Part shown: piece by piece, positions 1 to 17,350 of the stretch
Layout of the letters: the number at the start of each line of letters is the position of its first letter
Position numbering within the stretch: position 1 is the stretch's first letter
NCBI GenBank assembly: GCA_963693365.1
Contig: CAVNZM010000001.1
Span: forward strand, 7,456,907-7,520,906
From: Amoebidium appalachense
Taxonomy: Eukaryota > Protista > Ichthyosporea
Direction: 5' to 3'
Length of the DNA: 64,000 nucleotides
The notes under the pieces: model-generated
Seen by the model: only the letters and a program-made list of their open reading frames with translations
Database searches by the model: none
What the model was told of the DNA's origin: nothing
Position numbers and translations under genes: made by a program

Positions 1-4631
<4,631 letters not shown>

Positions 4632-4951
4632 TTGAATTATCATCCACCCCTCACACTTTTCAATGCACGTGCACTATTCCTTTTACATGTCTGATTTTGG
4701 TGGCATTGTAAGTGCTTGTGAATATAACCCGTGATCAAGTGTGCACGTGCGTAACCGGAGGAACGATGTTGTGTTTCTATTTCAATTCCGCTTCATGATG
4801 TCGCCGAGGAATGTTGATGTCGTTACTCCATTTCAATTTCATTTCAACTTGGTGTCGCTGGTGGTATTGTTGTCGCGTAACATGTGTTTTTTACTGTTTG
4901 CTGCACGTTCCTGTCTGTTTAACATATTTGGGTAAAGATTTACCAGTTGAC

Positions 4952-5041
<90 letters not shown>

Positions 5042-5757
5042 CATGCTGACACGTGCACATACACATAACATACGCTGCGTTGCATAAAATGAGTGCAGAA
5101 TAGTGGCATGTGACTTTTATGCGGTGCATTTTTCAGCAGTGAAAATCTGCAAATCCACCCGCCTGCTGGTAAAAACTGTTTAAATAAAATGCAAGGAGTA
5201 CAATATTATATAAGCAGTACGTTTTGCATCGTTTTAGGTGGAACCCATGACTCGAGGGAGTTCTTATCTTAATGCCCACCCTGACATACACATACTATAC
5301 TGTCTGTTTTGTAACAATAACGAGCCACTCCCTGCCAAATGTGCCATCCCCCCTCCCCCCCCCCCCCTCCTCCGCCCTTCACCCACCCACCCACCCACCC
5401 AACCTCACTCAGCCACCCACCTACCCCCCTTACCAACCCACCACCACCACCACAGGCCAAAAACTTGAGGACTAGCAAAAGACAAACCCAGGAACCCAGG
5501 AAGCTAGACCATTTCCTCGGACGACATTAACTTGTCATTTTATGTGTGTGTGTGTGTGTGTGTTGAGGCGGTGCCCGGGAGTGGGGGGGGGGGGGGGGGG
5601 GGGGAGCGAGGGGAGGGCCCCCTGGGCGGGGGGGGGGTTCAACAATTGCAAATAGTCGCTTTTGAGACTCTGCCTTTTTTATCGGAAACTCGTTTGGTGG
5701 CTGAACCTTGATATGCATGGGCACGCACACAATATCTCTCTCTTTCTCCCTCTCTCC

Positions 5758-5895
<138 letters not shown>

Positions 5896-6178
5896 CACAA
5901 TATGTGCATTCTTTGTCTCTGTGTCCATAGGCCGGGTAGGCATGCCACTTTGCACCTTCATGATACTATTTGTCCCGCTAAATATCACAATCACGAGCCT
6001 AAACAATACAATGGATTTGATGCCCTGTAAACACTTACTGCTACTACATAGGCCCCATACTAAAGAGATATAATACCACATGAATACTGTAAACTTTATA
6101 CAGGGGAGGGGAAGGGGGAGGGGGGGGGGGGATTCTACCGGCTCACAAAAACCTTTCTCAGTAAATCAATCTATTTGT

Positions 6179-7791
6179 TTATGCAACTGACAGAACCACA
6201 CCAATCAGAACGAAAAACCCACACGTGCTCAACCCTCCTACATGCTCTCTAGGCACCCCATTTTTCATCGGTGCCTTCATAGAGATTTCCTTTGAGGGTG
6301 GGGGTTCAACACACATTGAATTTTCACAAACGGTAGTGGAACATTCCCACCCACTTCCACATAATTCGCCCAAACGTTTGCGTGTTGCACGGCACCTATG
6401 GCGGATCAAGTCGCAGTAGGGAAATTTCAAAGTGTCCGAATTTGAGGGGGTGCAATGATCATCCTTAGTGCAATTAGCTGCTTCCCTGCATTGGAATCCA
6501 TTATCGGCCATTTCGCACGTTTCAATTGGATCACAGTCCCGGTCAAAAGCGCAAAACGAATTCTTTAGACGGCACGTACCGGACGGGCAGAATGCTGATA
6601 GGCACTCGTCCACACTTTTGCATGAACCCCCCAAGGGTTGCATCAATATACACGCTGATGATTGGATATCGCAGTAGCGATCTGGCGTGCAATCAGTCGA
6701 ATTTTGGCACTTTTGTGCCGGGGAGCAGACACCAGGCCTAGCGTCCGTTTGCGTAAAAATCATGGCCGTTTCCAACTGTCGGCGAATAATCATATTCAGA
6801 TCCCCGGGCAGGAATACACTGTTGGTAGGTTGGGGGGTAGAAGATACGCCAAAAGTATCGACCTGAATTTCCTTTTTGCAATAGGTTCCCCCCTCGCACT
6901 CAAAATCATCCACACACGTGCTACCGTTCACCTTCTTGTACCCGCACACCAAACTATCGTTACAGTACTTGTCCGACACCGTCCCATTGGTCGATAATTC
7001 GCAATCGGACTGGAAAAGGCACGAATTCAACTTGCCGCATTTTCCCGATCGGTCGCAATAGAACCCCCTCATACACTGTTCGTCATTTTTGCACGGCTGG
7101 CCCATACCAGCCCGATATCTGCATCTACCAGTCACGTCGCTGCAATATTCGTCTTTTTGGCACGGGTAATTTGGTGACCCGGGGGGGTCCAAAGTGACGT
7201 TGCACACTGGAAGGGGAGGACTGCAGAAGAACGCAGCCGAAACGAACCCCCCTGTGCTTTTTTCGGGAATTGAGAGGCGGTTGGAATTGGCCTGTTTGCA
7301 GACGCCTCCCTCGGAGCATTGAGTGTCGTCTGTGCATGCTTTGAGGCCACACATCATGGTGTTGCTAGTGTCGTTTCTGTGGAGTGGGGGAAGGTAGTCA
7401 CGAAGAAACATAAGCTAGATGAAGATATTTACAAATATTGTGTTGCAGGGGAGAGGAGAAGGTTGATGGGGTGGAGGGCACTGCTATTTGTGACACGTGA
7501 AAGGGGGAAATAGAAGGAGAATATTTGAAGGTGGTGCATAAGATGAAACTGTGTGCTAGTACGTGTGCACCGTGCACCTTGAATGAGGTAACAACCGTGT
7601 ACGTGGCAGGTGTTTTTATGGTTGCATGCCCGTGCTGTGCGAGGGTACACGGACGTGCTAACTGTGTTTGCATGTGTACGTATGTCTGTGTGTGTGCCAC
7701 AGGTGTGACGGAGATGAGGTCAGGTGGGTTCTTGTACATGTGTGTGTTTGCATTACTGTGTAATGGTGGCGGTGGTAGTGGACCGGTGGAA

Positions 7792-7839
<48 letters not shown>

Positions 7840-7910
7840 GGGGGTGGAGGCAAAGAGTGTGTGTGTGTGCGCGCGTGCGCACGTGCACACGTGTGCACGT
7901 GTGTGGATGG

Positions 7911-7946
<36 letters not shown>

Positions 7947-7996
7947 GCGTGTGCGTGTGCGTGTGCGTGTGCGTGTGCGTGTGCGTGCGCGCGCGC

Positions 7997-8031
<35 letters not shown>

Positions 8032-8228
8032 TGTGTGAACCCACGAGCGCGTGTGTGCGTGTCCGGGGAGGGGGTGATGTATGCGTTAGAGGGTTGGAAG
8101 TATGGAGGAGAAAACAAAGAGCAACAACAAAAACGTCACAAAAAAGAGAAACCCAAAATCAAACAATTTGTACGTGCAGTGTGTGTGTGTGGGTGGGTGG
8201 GTGCGTGTGTGCCCTGTGTGTGTGTGTG

Positions 8229-8275
<47 letters not shown>

Positions 8276-8510
8276 TAACCATTACATACCTTACGCACAT
8301 CAGCGCCAACCCAATGGACGGCTCCGGCCTGCATTCTATATCACTTTGGCAATATGAGCCCCTGCCCATTTTCAAAGCACAAATGTGTGTCTGCACGTGA
8401 CAGAACTCACTGTTTGCATCACAGTCACTGTGGGCCATGCACGGACGGACCTGTTGGGATAGTGCCCCACCGACGGAAAAGCTAAGGAGGAGAAGGAGAA
8501 TAATGCACAT
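6179..8510 (-). CDS. Secreted, probably GPI-anchored Cys-rich repeat protein (Dickkopf-N/EB-like CxxDxxC modules), 2 exons
   Basis: Exon 1 is 8510-8290 (accaccATG; signal peptide [18 protein letters not shown]; AG|gtatgt donor, phase 2). It joins exon 2, 7376-6179 (ctccacag|A AAC GAC). Many C-x2-D/N-x2-C repeats; C-terminal hydrophobic tail [13 protein letters not shown]. An in-frame upstream ATG at 8639 is an alternative start. Confidence 0.85.
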
Positions 8511-9769
8511 GGTGGTGGTGTGTGAGAAGAGATGGGTGAGGTGGCTGTGTTGAAGAGATTTCCTGGATGCTGGCTTTCTAAAGGGTTGGTGGGTTGAAGA
8601 ATTGGCTGAAGTACTAGTAAGGCCGCAAGTCCGTGCCATTTAAATTTTCTTTGCTTGCCGGGGGCAATAACCCAATTCAAAATTGTTGAGTCGAAAAAAG
8701 TTTAACAGGTTATGTGGGGTGGCAACAAAACGTATCTAACCTAAGGTGTGGTGGTTACACGGCATTATCCAGCAGTGCAAGTATTCATGGGCACACATTT
8801 ACAGTCGTCTCGCGCGTCTCATAATGATTTGTTCGTCATGCATATGTCAGATTTACTTCAAACTGAGCTCGGAAGGCAACGAGCAACTGCTTAAGTTTGA
8901 TCGAGTTAATGAGTCTGAGGGAGTAAGGAGAAGCAGCTGTTTTATAAACAGTGCCAGACAACATAAAACCTTTTTACCAACCCTCCACAAGTTGAGGGGT
9001 GTTGCATACTGAGTATGACTCGAGGTTTGTGAAACTTGAAGACCTAGCCAGTACTAGTGTTATAATAGGGTAGCAAGCACAGCACTAGCACTGTAATACA
9101 ACACTGTAAAGCCATGCATATGCAGCAGAGAATGCACGGGTATGACTAAGGAGTAACTGTAGACATAACTAACAGCGCTGGGAAGATCTTATCAAGCAAT
9201 TGTAGGCCGTCTATTGAAATCTACAGCACTTGATGCCTCTTGCACACAGCTCGCTATCGTTGTGTACAGTCGCATGGCGCAAGGCGCATGAACGGCGCGC
9301 AACCGGGAACCGGTGCTAGTTCAAAGCTGTTACATGTGTAAAGGTTTATTATATATCTTTAAAACGATTATATATCTTTAAAACGAAGGTTGGCGTTGAG
9401 TTTGGTCTATTTACATATGGTTCTACTCTACTGGCGCTTTCAGGGTATTTCAGCAGATGCAAGCCACGCCAAACCACAATGTCCACCACGTAGTACAGCA
9501 AAGCGGCTGTGAGCCGGCCCCAGCCTGCCCGTGCACGTGTGCCGCCCAGAATATTATCTGCTGCCTCCAGAGGCTGTTCAAGGCGCGGTGTTTGAGAGTT
9601 TTCGTTTCGTTTTACATCCCCGCTTAGCCACAACTGATCCTTATAAGTCATAAATGTTCCTCCGCCGTGTTTGTCGAAACAGGTTTTGATCACTTGTGTA
9701 TGTATGTAGGTACCCCAAAGAATGTGCCTCATCTAAAAGGAACGTGTTTAATCTAAGATCTGACTCACT

Positions 9770-9840
9770 AAATAACCAATGAAAATGCAAACAATACTTG
9801 ATTGGTTAATCTGCTGAAGTAGCACAGCCAATCAGATGAT
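9770..9840. promoter_or_regulatory. CCAAT-box cluster sharing a ~50-bp module with the VTC promoter
   Basis: accaat, tgattggtt and gccaatc lie within 70 bp; gaaaatgcaaacaat..tgattggtt.....aagtag resembles 17280-17328. Confidence 0.45.
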
Positions 9841-10237
9841 ATATCTTCGATTCATAAATCATTAATTTCGAATTCGATCGCCGGTTACATATAGCATATA
9901 ACGGTCGGTGCATCAACCCCTGTCATGCGATGATGCGGGTTCGTTCTGTTGACTCGAAGCGTACAACCTTTTGGTGCTATCTGACACAAGATGCAATTCG
10001 GGTATTACTCTTCACATGTATACAATGTACAAAGTGCTTTTTATTTGGTTTCGAATGCCTCCCCCCCCCCCCCCCCCCCTCCCCCCCCCCCCCCCCCCCC
10101 CCCCCCTCCCCCCCCCCCCCCCTCCGACCCACCCACCCACCCACCCACCCACCCACCCACCCACCTACCCTTTTTCTTTTTCATGTTTTTGTAGCCCCCA
10201 AGGCAATCCGCATCAGCTTGTGTGATGTGTGTGTATA

Positions 10238-10282
<45 letters not shown>

Positions 10283-10289
10283 GTGTGCA

Positions 10290-10381
<92 letters not shown>

Positions 10382-10411
10382 TGCGTGTGTGTGTACATGT
10401 GTGTGTGTGTG

Positions 10412-10510
<99 letters not shown>

Positions 10511-10541
10511 GTGCGTGTGTGTGTACATGTGTGTGTGTGTG

Positions 10542-10577
<36 letters not shown>

Positions 10578-10581
10578 ACAC

Positions 10582-10753
<172 letters not shown>

Positions 10754-10997
10754 CGGGCGCCACCGTGTGCGTATACGTGGGCGCGGGGGGGGGGGGGGGG
10801 GGGGGGGGGGGTTATGTTTGTGTGTGACACGGTGTGTGCCTATGCGTGTGTGCCAGCGTGTGTGTTGTGGTTGCACTTCTTAGCTCTTACACTCTTTCCC
10901 CCCTTCCTCCCCCTCCTCCCCATCCCGTCCCTCTTTCTCCCCCCTCCCCCCCCCCCCCCCCCCCCTCCTCTCCCCCCAACTCCTTCCCTCCCTCCCT

Positions 10998-11067
<70 letters not shown>

Positions 11068-11082
11068 CCTCTCTGTCTCTCT

Positions 11083-12221
11083 GAGCCCAACCACATCCTC
11101 AGACTCAACTTGCAAAAAGCAGAATTATTCTGCAGACAGCAGAATCATTCAGCTTTTAGCCGAATTATTCCGCAAAAAGCAGAATATTAATAATTTCTGC
11201 AGCAGGATAAACTTGCTCCAAGCAGATTAATTCTGCTTTTAGCAGATTAAATGTACGTTTAGCAGGATGATTATGCTGTTTGCAAAATAATTCTACAATT
11301 GCAGAATAATGCTGCTGTTTACATAATATCTCTACATATGCCGAAAAATTCTGCTGTTTGCAGAACAATAATTCTACTTTTGCAGAACAATTCTGTTTTT
11401 GCTGGATTATTCCGCTTCTACCAGAATAATTCTGCTTTTTACAGAACAGTCCTGAGATCCATCGAATCAGATATAAAAACAATGATGAAGAAAGAACGTT
11501 AGTTTGCCAATTTGCGATAAAAAGACGTAACTTTGCGGATGATGTGTTGAAGTTTTTCGAAGGAGTATATCAGAGTATATGTATGTGAATATTCCCAAAT
11601 CTCCCACGAAGAACTTTGTACTGTATCTCTGCTAAGACTGATTAATGCTACTCAGTGTACCTCGTGCATATTCATGTGTTCGGAACTGTAAGATAGCTAA
11701 AGATGATTGTGCTTTAGTACTTAATGGCGTTCATGTTTTTCCGTTGACCAATGGTATGCCATGCAAGATCTCTACAGGTGCTAATAATTAGAGACAGATG
11801 TTGTTTTGTTCTTTTGTTACATACCATAGTAAGAGTACACGTGTGCTTACGTGTGTGTTTGTCTCTGTGTTTGGTTCTTATGAGTTTGAGTTATGTACTT
11901 TACAAGTTAGTTTGCCTTCGTGGACTAACTGAGTGCAATTTTCATTAATATTTTAGGTTATGAGCTTTTGTTTGCACGAAGGATGTAGACTTGTCCATTA
12001 TGTACAAACCGACGGGGGAATATATCGAGTATGCATACCGGAAGTTTTCGACGTGAATGAAAAAAGACTTGCCAATTTGAACTTGAAAATAAAATACTGA
12101 GCAGTGATGTGGACATTGCTGCGTACCGTGTAAGCCACTGTACAGGAATGAATCAGATCTAGAAGTTACTGTAATTATTGCTGACTATTCAACCCGTCGG
12201 CGACACCATGTGGTTGGGCCC
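11083..12221. mobile_element. Non-autonomous TIR DNA transposon (Mutator/foldback-like), ~1.14 kb, inserted in a (CT)n tract
   Basis: Termini gagcccaaccacat (11083) and atgtggttgggccc (12221) form a 14-bp TIR with one mismatch. The left ~370 bp is an array of GCAGAATTATTCTGC-type palindromes shared with 22829-23206. The AT-rich interior has possible MULE remnants (FADDVLKFFEGVYQ at 11532, CNFH at 11934). Confidence 0.75.
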
Positions 12222-12407
12222 TTCTCTCCCTCTTTCTCTCTCTCTCTCTAATGCTCCCGGGGACCCCTCCCCCTTCTCCGTATCTATACCCCTCCCCCCC
12301 ACCCCACACACACACTCTCTCTCGCTCTCTCTATCACCCACAAAATACACACAAACAAAACACACGCAAACACACACACACACACGCTCTATCTCTCCCC
12401 TTCCCCT

Positions 12408-12529
<122 letters not shown>

Positions 12530-12646
12530 AACACACTCTCTCGCTCTCTCGCACACCCTCTCTCTCGCTCTCTCTCTCTCTCTCCTCTCCCCCCCCCTCT
12601 CCCTCCCTCCCCCCCCCCCCCCCCCCCCCCCCCCCCTCTCTCTCTC

Positions 12647-12743
<97 letters not shown>

Positions 12744-12799
12744 GCGCTCTCTCTCTACCTCTGTCTCCCTCTCTCGCTCTCTCTACCTCTCTCCCTACC

Positions 12800-12834
<35 letters not shown>

Positions 12835-13038
12835 ACCCGGGCTTCTCTATCTCCATCTCCCAACTTTCGCCCCCCGGGACCCGCTACCCCCCCCCTCCCC
12901 CCCCCTCCCCCCTCCCTACTCTCTTTCGGTTGCTTGGGTAAGAGTGCAGAGGGGGAGGAGGGAGGAAAGAGGGGAAGGGGGGGGGGGGGGGGGGGGGGGC
13001 TGAGGAAGTGGTGATGGTGGTTGTGGCAACCGGTGTGT

Positions 13039-13069
<31 letters not shown>

Positions 13070-13373
13070 GGGGGGAGGGGAGGGGGGGGGGGGGGGGGGG
13101 GAGGGGAAGACATATGTACCTAGAGGGGGGAGGGGGAGGGGGGGTAAGATTATGTGCCTACCGTTATTGTGCACATCAATACCCAGATACAGTTCTAGCA
13201 CGTGCCATAAAAAGTGCACATATTTGTTTGCTAAAAACAAACCTACTTCAGCTGTCTATGATACTAGTAAAACAAATACACACATGGATATGCTTGCACC
13301 CCCGTACTACAGGTGCACACATCCCCTCCTTCTTACCCCCCCCCCCCCCCCCCCCCTCTCCCCCTCTCCCCCT

Positions 13374-13407
<34 letters not shown>

Positions 13408-13752
13408 CACATTTCAACCATATTTTCATAGAAGGCACGGACTAGTAATAGCTGTGTCTCCTAATTTTTTGTTTGGGCTTGCAACATCTGGCAGAGTTTT
13501 AGGATCGAAAACAAAGAACTATTCAGTTAAGGACGTGAAAAGGGGGGCAATGAGAGATGAAAAATGGCAGCGCAGCTTGAAAAAAAAAAAGGAGTGATTT
13601 GAAGGCTGGGAGTGTGTGTGTGCGTGGGGGGGGGAGGGGGGGAGGGGAGCGGGGGGGGAAGGGGGGAGGGGAGAGGAGGGAAGGGGAGAGGGAATGGAGG
13701 GATAAGGACCCCTGCATTTGTGCGAATGTGCTCGTGCACGGTTTGAGGTGCC

Positions 13753-13844
<92 letters not shown>

Positions 13845-14247
13845 GGTTCCTTAGTATTAGTAGGTCACGGCATGGGTGTTCACAGTGTGTGTGTGCATAC
13901 ATGCGTGCACATATGTGTGTCGCGCAGTGTCTGTGTATATGATATGCATTGTGATGGTGAAGGAAGGGGTCCACGGTATTAAACACGGGGTCAGGTTCTC
14001 AATAATGTTCAACTCTGCGACAATAGTAATGGCCGGGCATCACGTAGAGGTACGTGTAGGCCTTTTGCTGCTTCGAAAATGTAACAGTTTTTGAGATCAC
14101 ACACATACAAACTGACGCACAAAGATGCCACACATTTTCTAGCACAAGGACACGCACACACACACACGTGCACATGTGCACACACACATTAGCAAAAACA
14201 CACGCACATGATGTGCGCACACTTCCACACACGCACACACACACACA

Positions 14248-14321
<74 letters not shown>

Positions 14322-14971
14322 TTTAAACTTCCGGCATCACCCCGGCATAATTGCATTAGAGGCCGTGTCCCCCCCCCCCCCCCTACCCCCCTCTCCTCTT
14401 CCCTCCTCCCCCCCCTCCCCCCCCCCCAAACACACACACACACACACCTCCTGCCTTGCCACTGCCCCAGTCCTCCCCCAATGTCCTCTCGTCTTATGCC
14501 TCCCCCCCCCCCCCCCCCCCCCCTCTCCCTCCTTAAAGCACCAAAAGTATGTGTCCAACACGCACACACACACACAAGCAGCACAGACTCAGGACTAAAT
14601 CCACAAACACGGACACGCACACACACACTGTGTGCGCACACAAACACGGACACGCACGCACACACTGTGTGCGCACACAGACACATCTGGCTATACACAC
14701 ACTCTAAGAGCACTTGGCCATATTCAAGCACACAAAGTCAAATCTCTGGGGCAAAACATAAGGATGTAGATAACAGTGAAAAGGGCATAGATAAGGAAAC
14801 TTTGAACAGGGGCAAAATCAACTTTAGAATATGATAACATTTAATATTTCACTCGTATTTAGTATAGTCTGCCTATAATTTTGACACATTTTGCAGGCGT
14901 CATTGAGGTTGATCATCCAACCCTCATTTTGACTGAATCATTGTACATAGTTATTTTTGTGACATTTATCC

Positions 14972-15003
<32 letters not shown>

Positions 15004-15274
15004 TTTCCCGGGGCCCCTACACACAAAAAAACCCTAAACCATAACCCCCTGCCCCCCCGGCTGTGGCATAATACTCGAACATCCTACGGTTTAGCAATTT
15101 TGCTTATCCATACGTCTGGTTTGCCTAAGTCCTGTTCCAAGTAAGCACCAACATACACAAACTACTTCTACGCAACAAAACATCTAAAACCACACCAAAT
15201 AGGTTCACAGACACAGTTACCAACATCCTAAACCTAGCATAAATCACGACATAATTCCCATAATACTAAGAATT

Positions 15275-16996
15275 TTAAGGAGTGTTTATGATTGGTCCGC
15301 TGCTTGTCATGCCGGCGAGTGGGTTGTAGTGAAACTCTATACCCTCCACCCACAAACAGATCATATACGTAGTGAAGAAAAGAATAAGCCCAACAGATAG
15401 AGTAGTGGTGGCATATCTGTCGTAGAACAGGGTGGTAGCCGGGTCGCTGCACCCACGCGCTAATTCGCGAGCACGAATGTGAAATCTCCACGTCGAGTAG
15501 ATTAGCGCGATATCGATCGCGATTGTGATTGCAGTCACCTTTTCCATCACACCAATACCTTGCAAATTCACCAACATGATCGCAAAAGTGGCCATAAACG
15601 CTGAAATTCTCACCCAGTGGAAATACGTGCGCTCATTGGCAAGAAGTGCTTTGGCGTCGAGACGATCACGCTTTCTCGCAAAGTTAACCCTTCTTGGAGC
15701 AGGGCTTACGTTTTTGGCCGTCGAAATATTCACGCTACTACTACTTTCCGAGACGTCGGTAGAGTCGTGACTACCCCGGTTCTTCTTCTTGTTAAGGAGC
15801 GCACCAGCCACCCACCCCTGCACGGCCATAAACCCCTTCCTGTGCTTGTGCGAGTTCGCAGAGATCGAATCGTCGGTGGAGTGAACTGCGTGCAGACCAC
15901 TGTTTGCACGCACAGCAACGGGCGTCGATTTCTTGCTATCCGGGTCACCGAAAGAGGGAACAGTGATTGCGATTGAACTCGCTTCCTCGTTACTAGCACC
16001 CACAACACGACGGGAAACGTTTGATGATCGAGACGTGGTGGTGGTGTAGTGGCGAGCCTGGGACGCCGTAGCCGTGGGGGGTGTTTGCATGAATTCCTCC
16101 ACTGTCGATAGCCACTCCGGGGTGACATAGCATACCGTCGGGAACAGAGCAGCGCAGGCAAAGTTGTACTTGGACACCTTAACCTTCTGCACATAGTCGC
16201 AGTCAATGGCATCCAGCAGCCACTCCGGGTAGTGCTCCTTAAGGCGCAGGTGGGGGTCCTTCTTGATTTTTACCTCCATCACTGCAAACCCCATCGATAC
16301 GTTTTGGCCCGCGGGCCGGCCGTCGGCCGCGACAACATCGGACCATAACCCGTTCTCTACGAAGCAGCGGACACCCTCGTCCAGTGTGACGCGGAGGTTC
16401 TTGTTGTTTTCACTCTGGTATGAAGTGCGGCTGTACACAGTGTGTACCTTTGGTTGCAGTTGACGTTCTACGACAAGTTTCTGCACAGAGGCAACAACGC
16501 CCGGCACACCCTCACCCTCATATTTCCACTCACCGCGGAGATACGGGTTGACACGCGCAAGAGGTAGCTCGAATCGCTTCTTGCTGCTCTCCTTGCCAAG
16601 TGCCTTTGCCTCTTTGTCGTGGTGCTTCTTCCGCTCAACAAACACGGCTGATTTGGCCAGACTGTTTCCATACCAACGCACACGCACCAGCTTTGCCCCG
16701 TCGGATTTAATCACGCGCTCGTGGTACTGATCGAGTGTTTCGTTGTCAAAGTAAATGCTGTGTGTTTCCTGTGTGGTGGCAACTTCGCCTGTGGGGAAAA
16801 CAAATGGGGATACACCCAAATTGTCTGCTAGTGCCTGTTTAAGCTCAGGGACGTAGGAGTTGTGAATGATGTACTTGACACTCTTGCGTGTAAACACGCC
16901 GTTCGCGCCATCTCTGTGTGTGTTCTCGTCTCCCTGTGTTACCATGTCTATTCTGCTGTCTTCAGTCTCGTTCACGGGGGGTCTGTCGAACGCCAT
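15275..16996 (-). CDS. VTC4: VTC4-like polyphosphate polymerase (VTC domain plus C-terminal DUF202 three-TM region), no SPX domain, uninterrupted CDS
   Basis: Motifs RKSVKY, SIYFDN, RVRWYG, FVERKKH, KKRF, RVTLD, VMEVK, KVSKY and the DUF202 signature LANERTYFHWVR, followed by three hydrophobic helices. First ATG at 16996. Confidence 0.9.
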   Translation of the reverse strand: MAFDRPPVNETEDSRIDMVTQGDENTHRDGANGVFTRKSVKYIIHNSYVPELKQALADNLGVSPFVFPTGEVATTQETHSIYFDNETLDQYHERVIKSDGAKLVRVRWYGNSLAKSAVFVERKKHHDKEAKALGKESSKKRFELPLARVNPYLRGEWKYEGEGVPGVVASVQKLVVERQLQPKVHTVYSRTSYQSENNKNLRVTLDEGVRCFVENGLWSDVVAADGRPAGQNVSMGFAVMEVKIKKDPHLRLKEHYPEWLLDAIDCDYVQKVKVSKYNFACAALFPTVCYVTPEWLSTVEEFMQTPPTATASQARHYTTTTSRSSNVSRRVVGASNEEASSIAITVPSFGDPDSKKSTPVAVRANSGLHAVHSTDDSISANSHKHRKGFMAVQGWVAGALLNKKKNRGSHDSTDVSESSSSVNISTAKNVSPAPRRVNFARKRDRLDAKALLANERTYFHWVRISAFMATFAIMLVNLQGIGVMEKVTAITIAIDIALIYSTWRFHIRARELARGCSDPATTLFYDRYATTTLSVGLILFFTTYMICLWVEGIEFHYNPLAGMTSSGPIINTP

Positions 16997-17214
16997 TTCT
17001 GCAAACTTACACAAAGAAAAGTTATGGTCGACCGATTCAGAATATTCAATAAGCTCTACTAGGCAGGTTCGAGTATAGTGCTATGACCAGATAACTAAAA
17101 AACGATTCTGTGTAACTCGTGTGTCTGTCTAAGGAACTAGAAGCGTATTATCTGAAGACCTGGGCTGTCACCTGTGTCATGGTCGACATCTGACTGACCC
17201 CTTGCTGTCAGCTG

Positions 17215-17350
17215 TTCCTTTATATAGCCCTACCAGCCACTTCGGTGGTCGCCGCTGATTGGCCAGATTGGATCTATTTGAAAAATGTAAACAATGATGA
17301 TTGGTTCGCATGCGAAAGTAGTCAGCTGTATTATATGCAATCTGATTGGT
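17215..17350 (-). promoter_or_regulatory. Promoter of the VTC4-like gene: TATA box plus four CCAAT boxes
   Basis: Minus-strand ctatataaag at ~17218-17227; gattgg (CCAATC on minus) at ~17258, 17266, 17299 and 17344. Confidence 0.65.

Noticed and set aside
6179-7411. Single-exon 410-aa ORF as the complete gene
   Set aside because: Its first codons are intronic; the signal peptide lies in the upstream exon 8510-8290.
13430-14100. Exon-like unique islands between the TIR element and VTC4
   Set aside because: No consistent splice phase or recognisable protein could be built.
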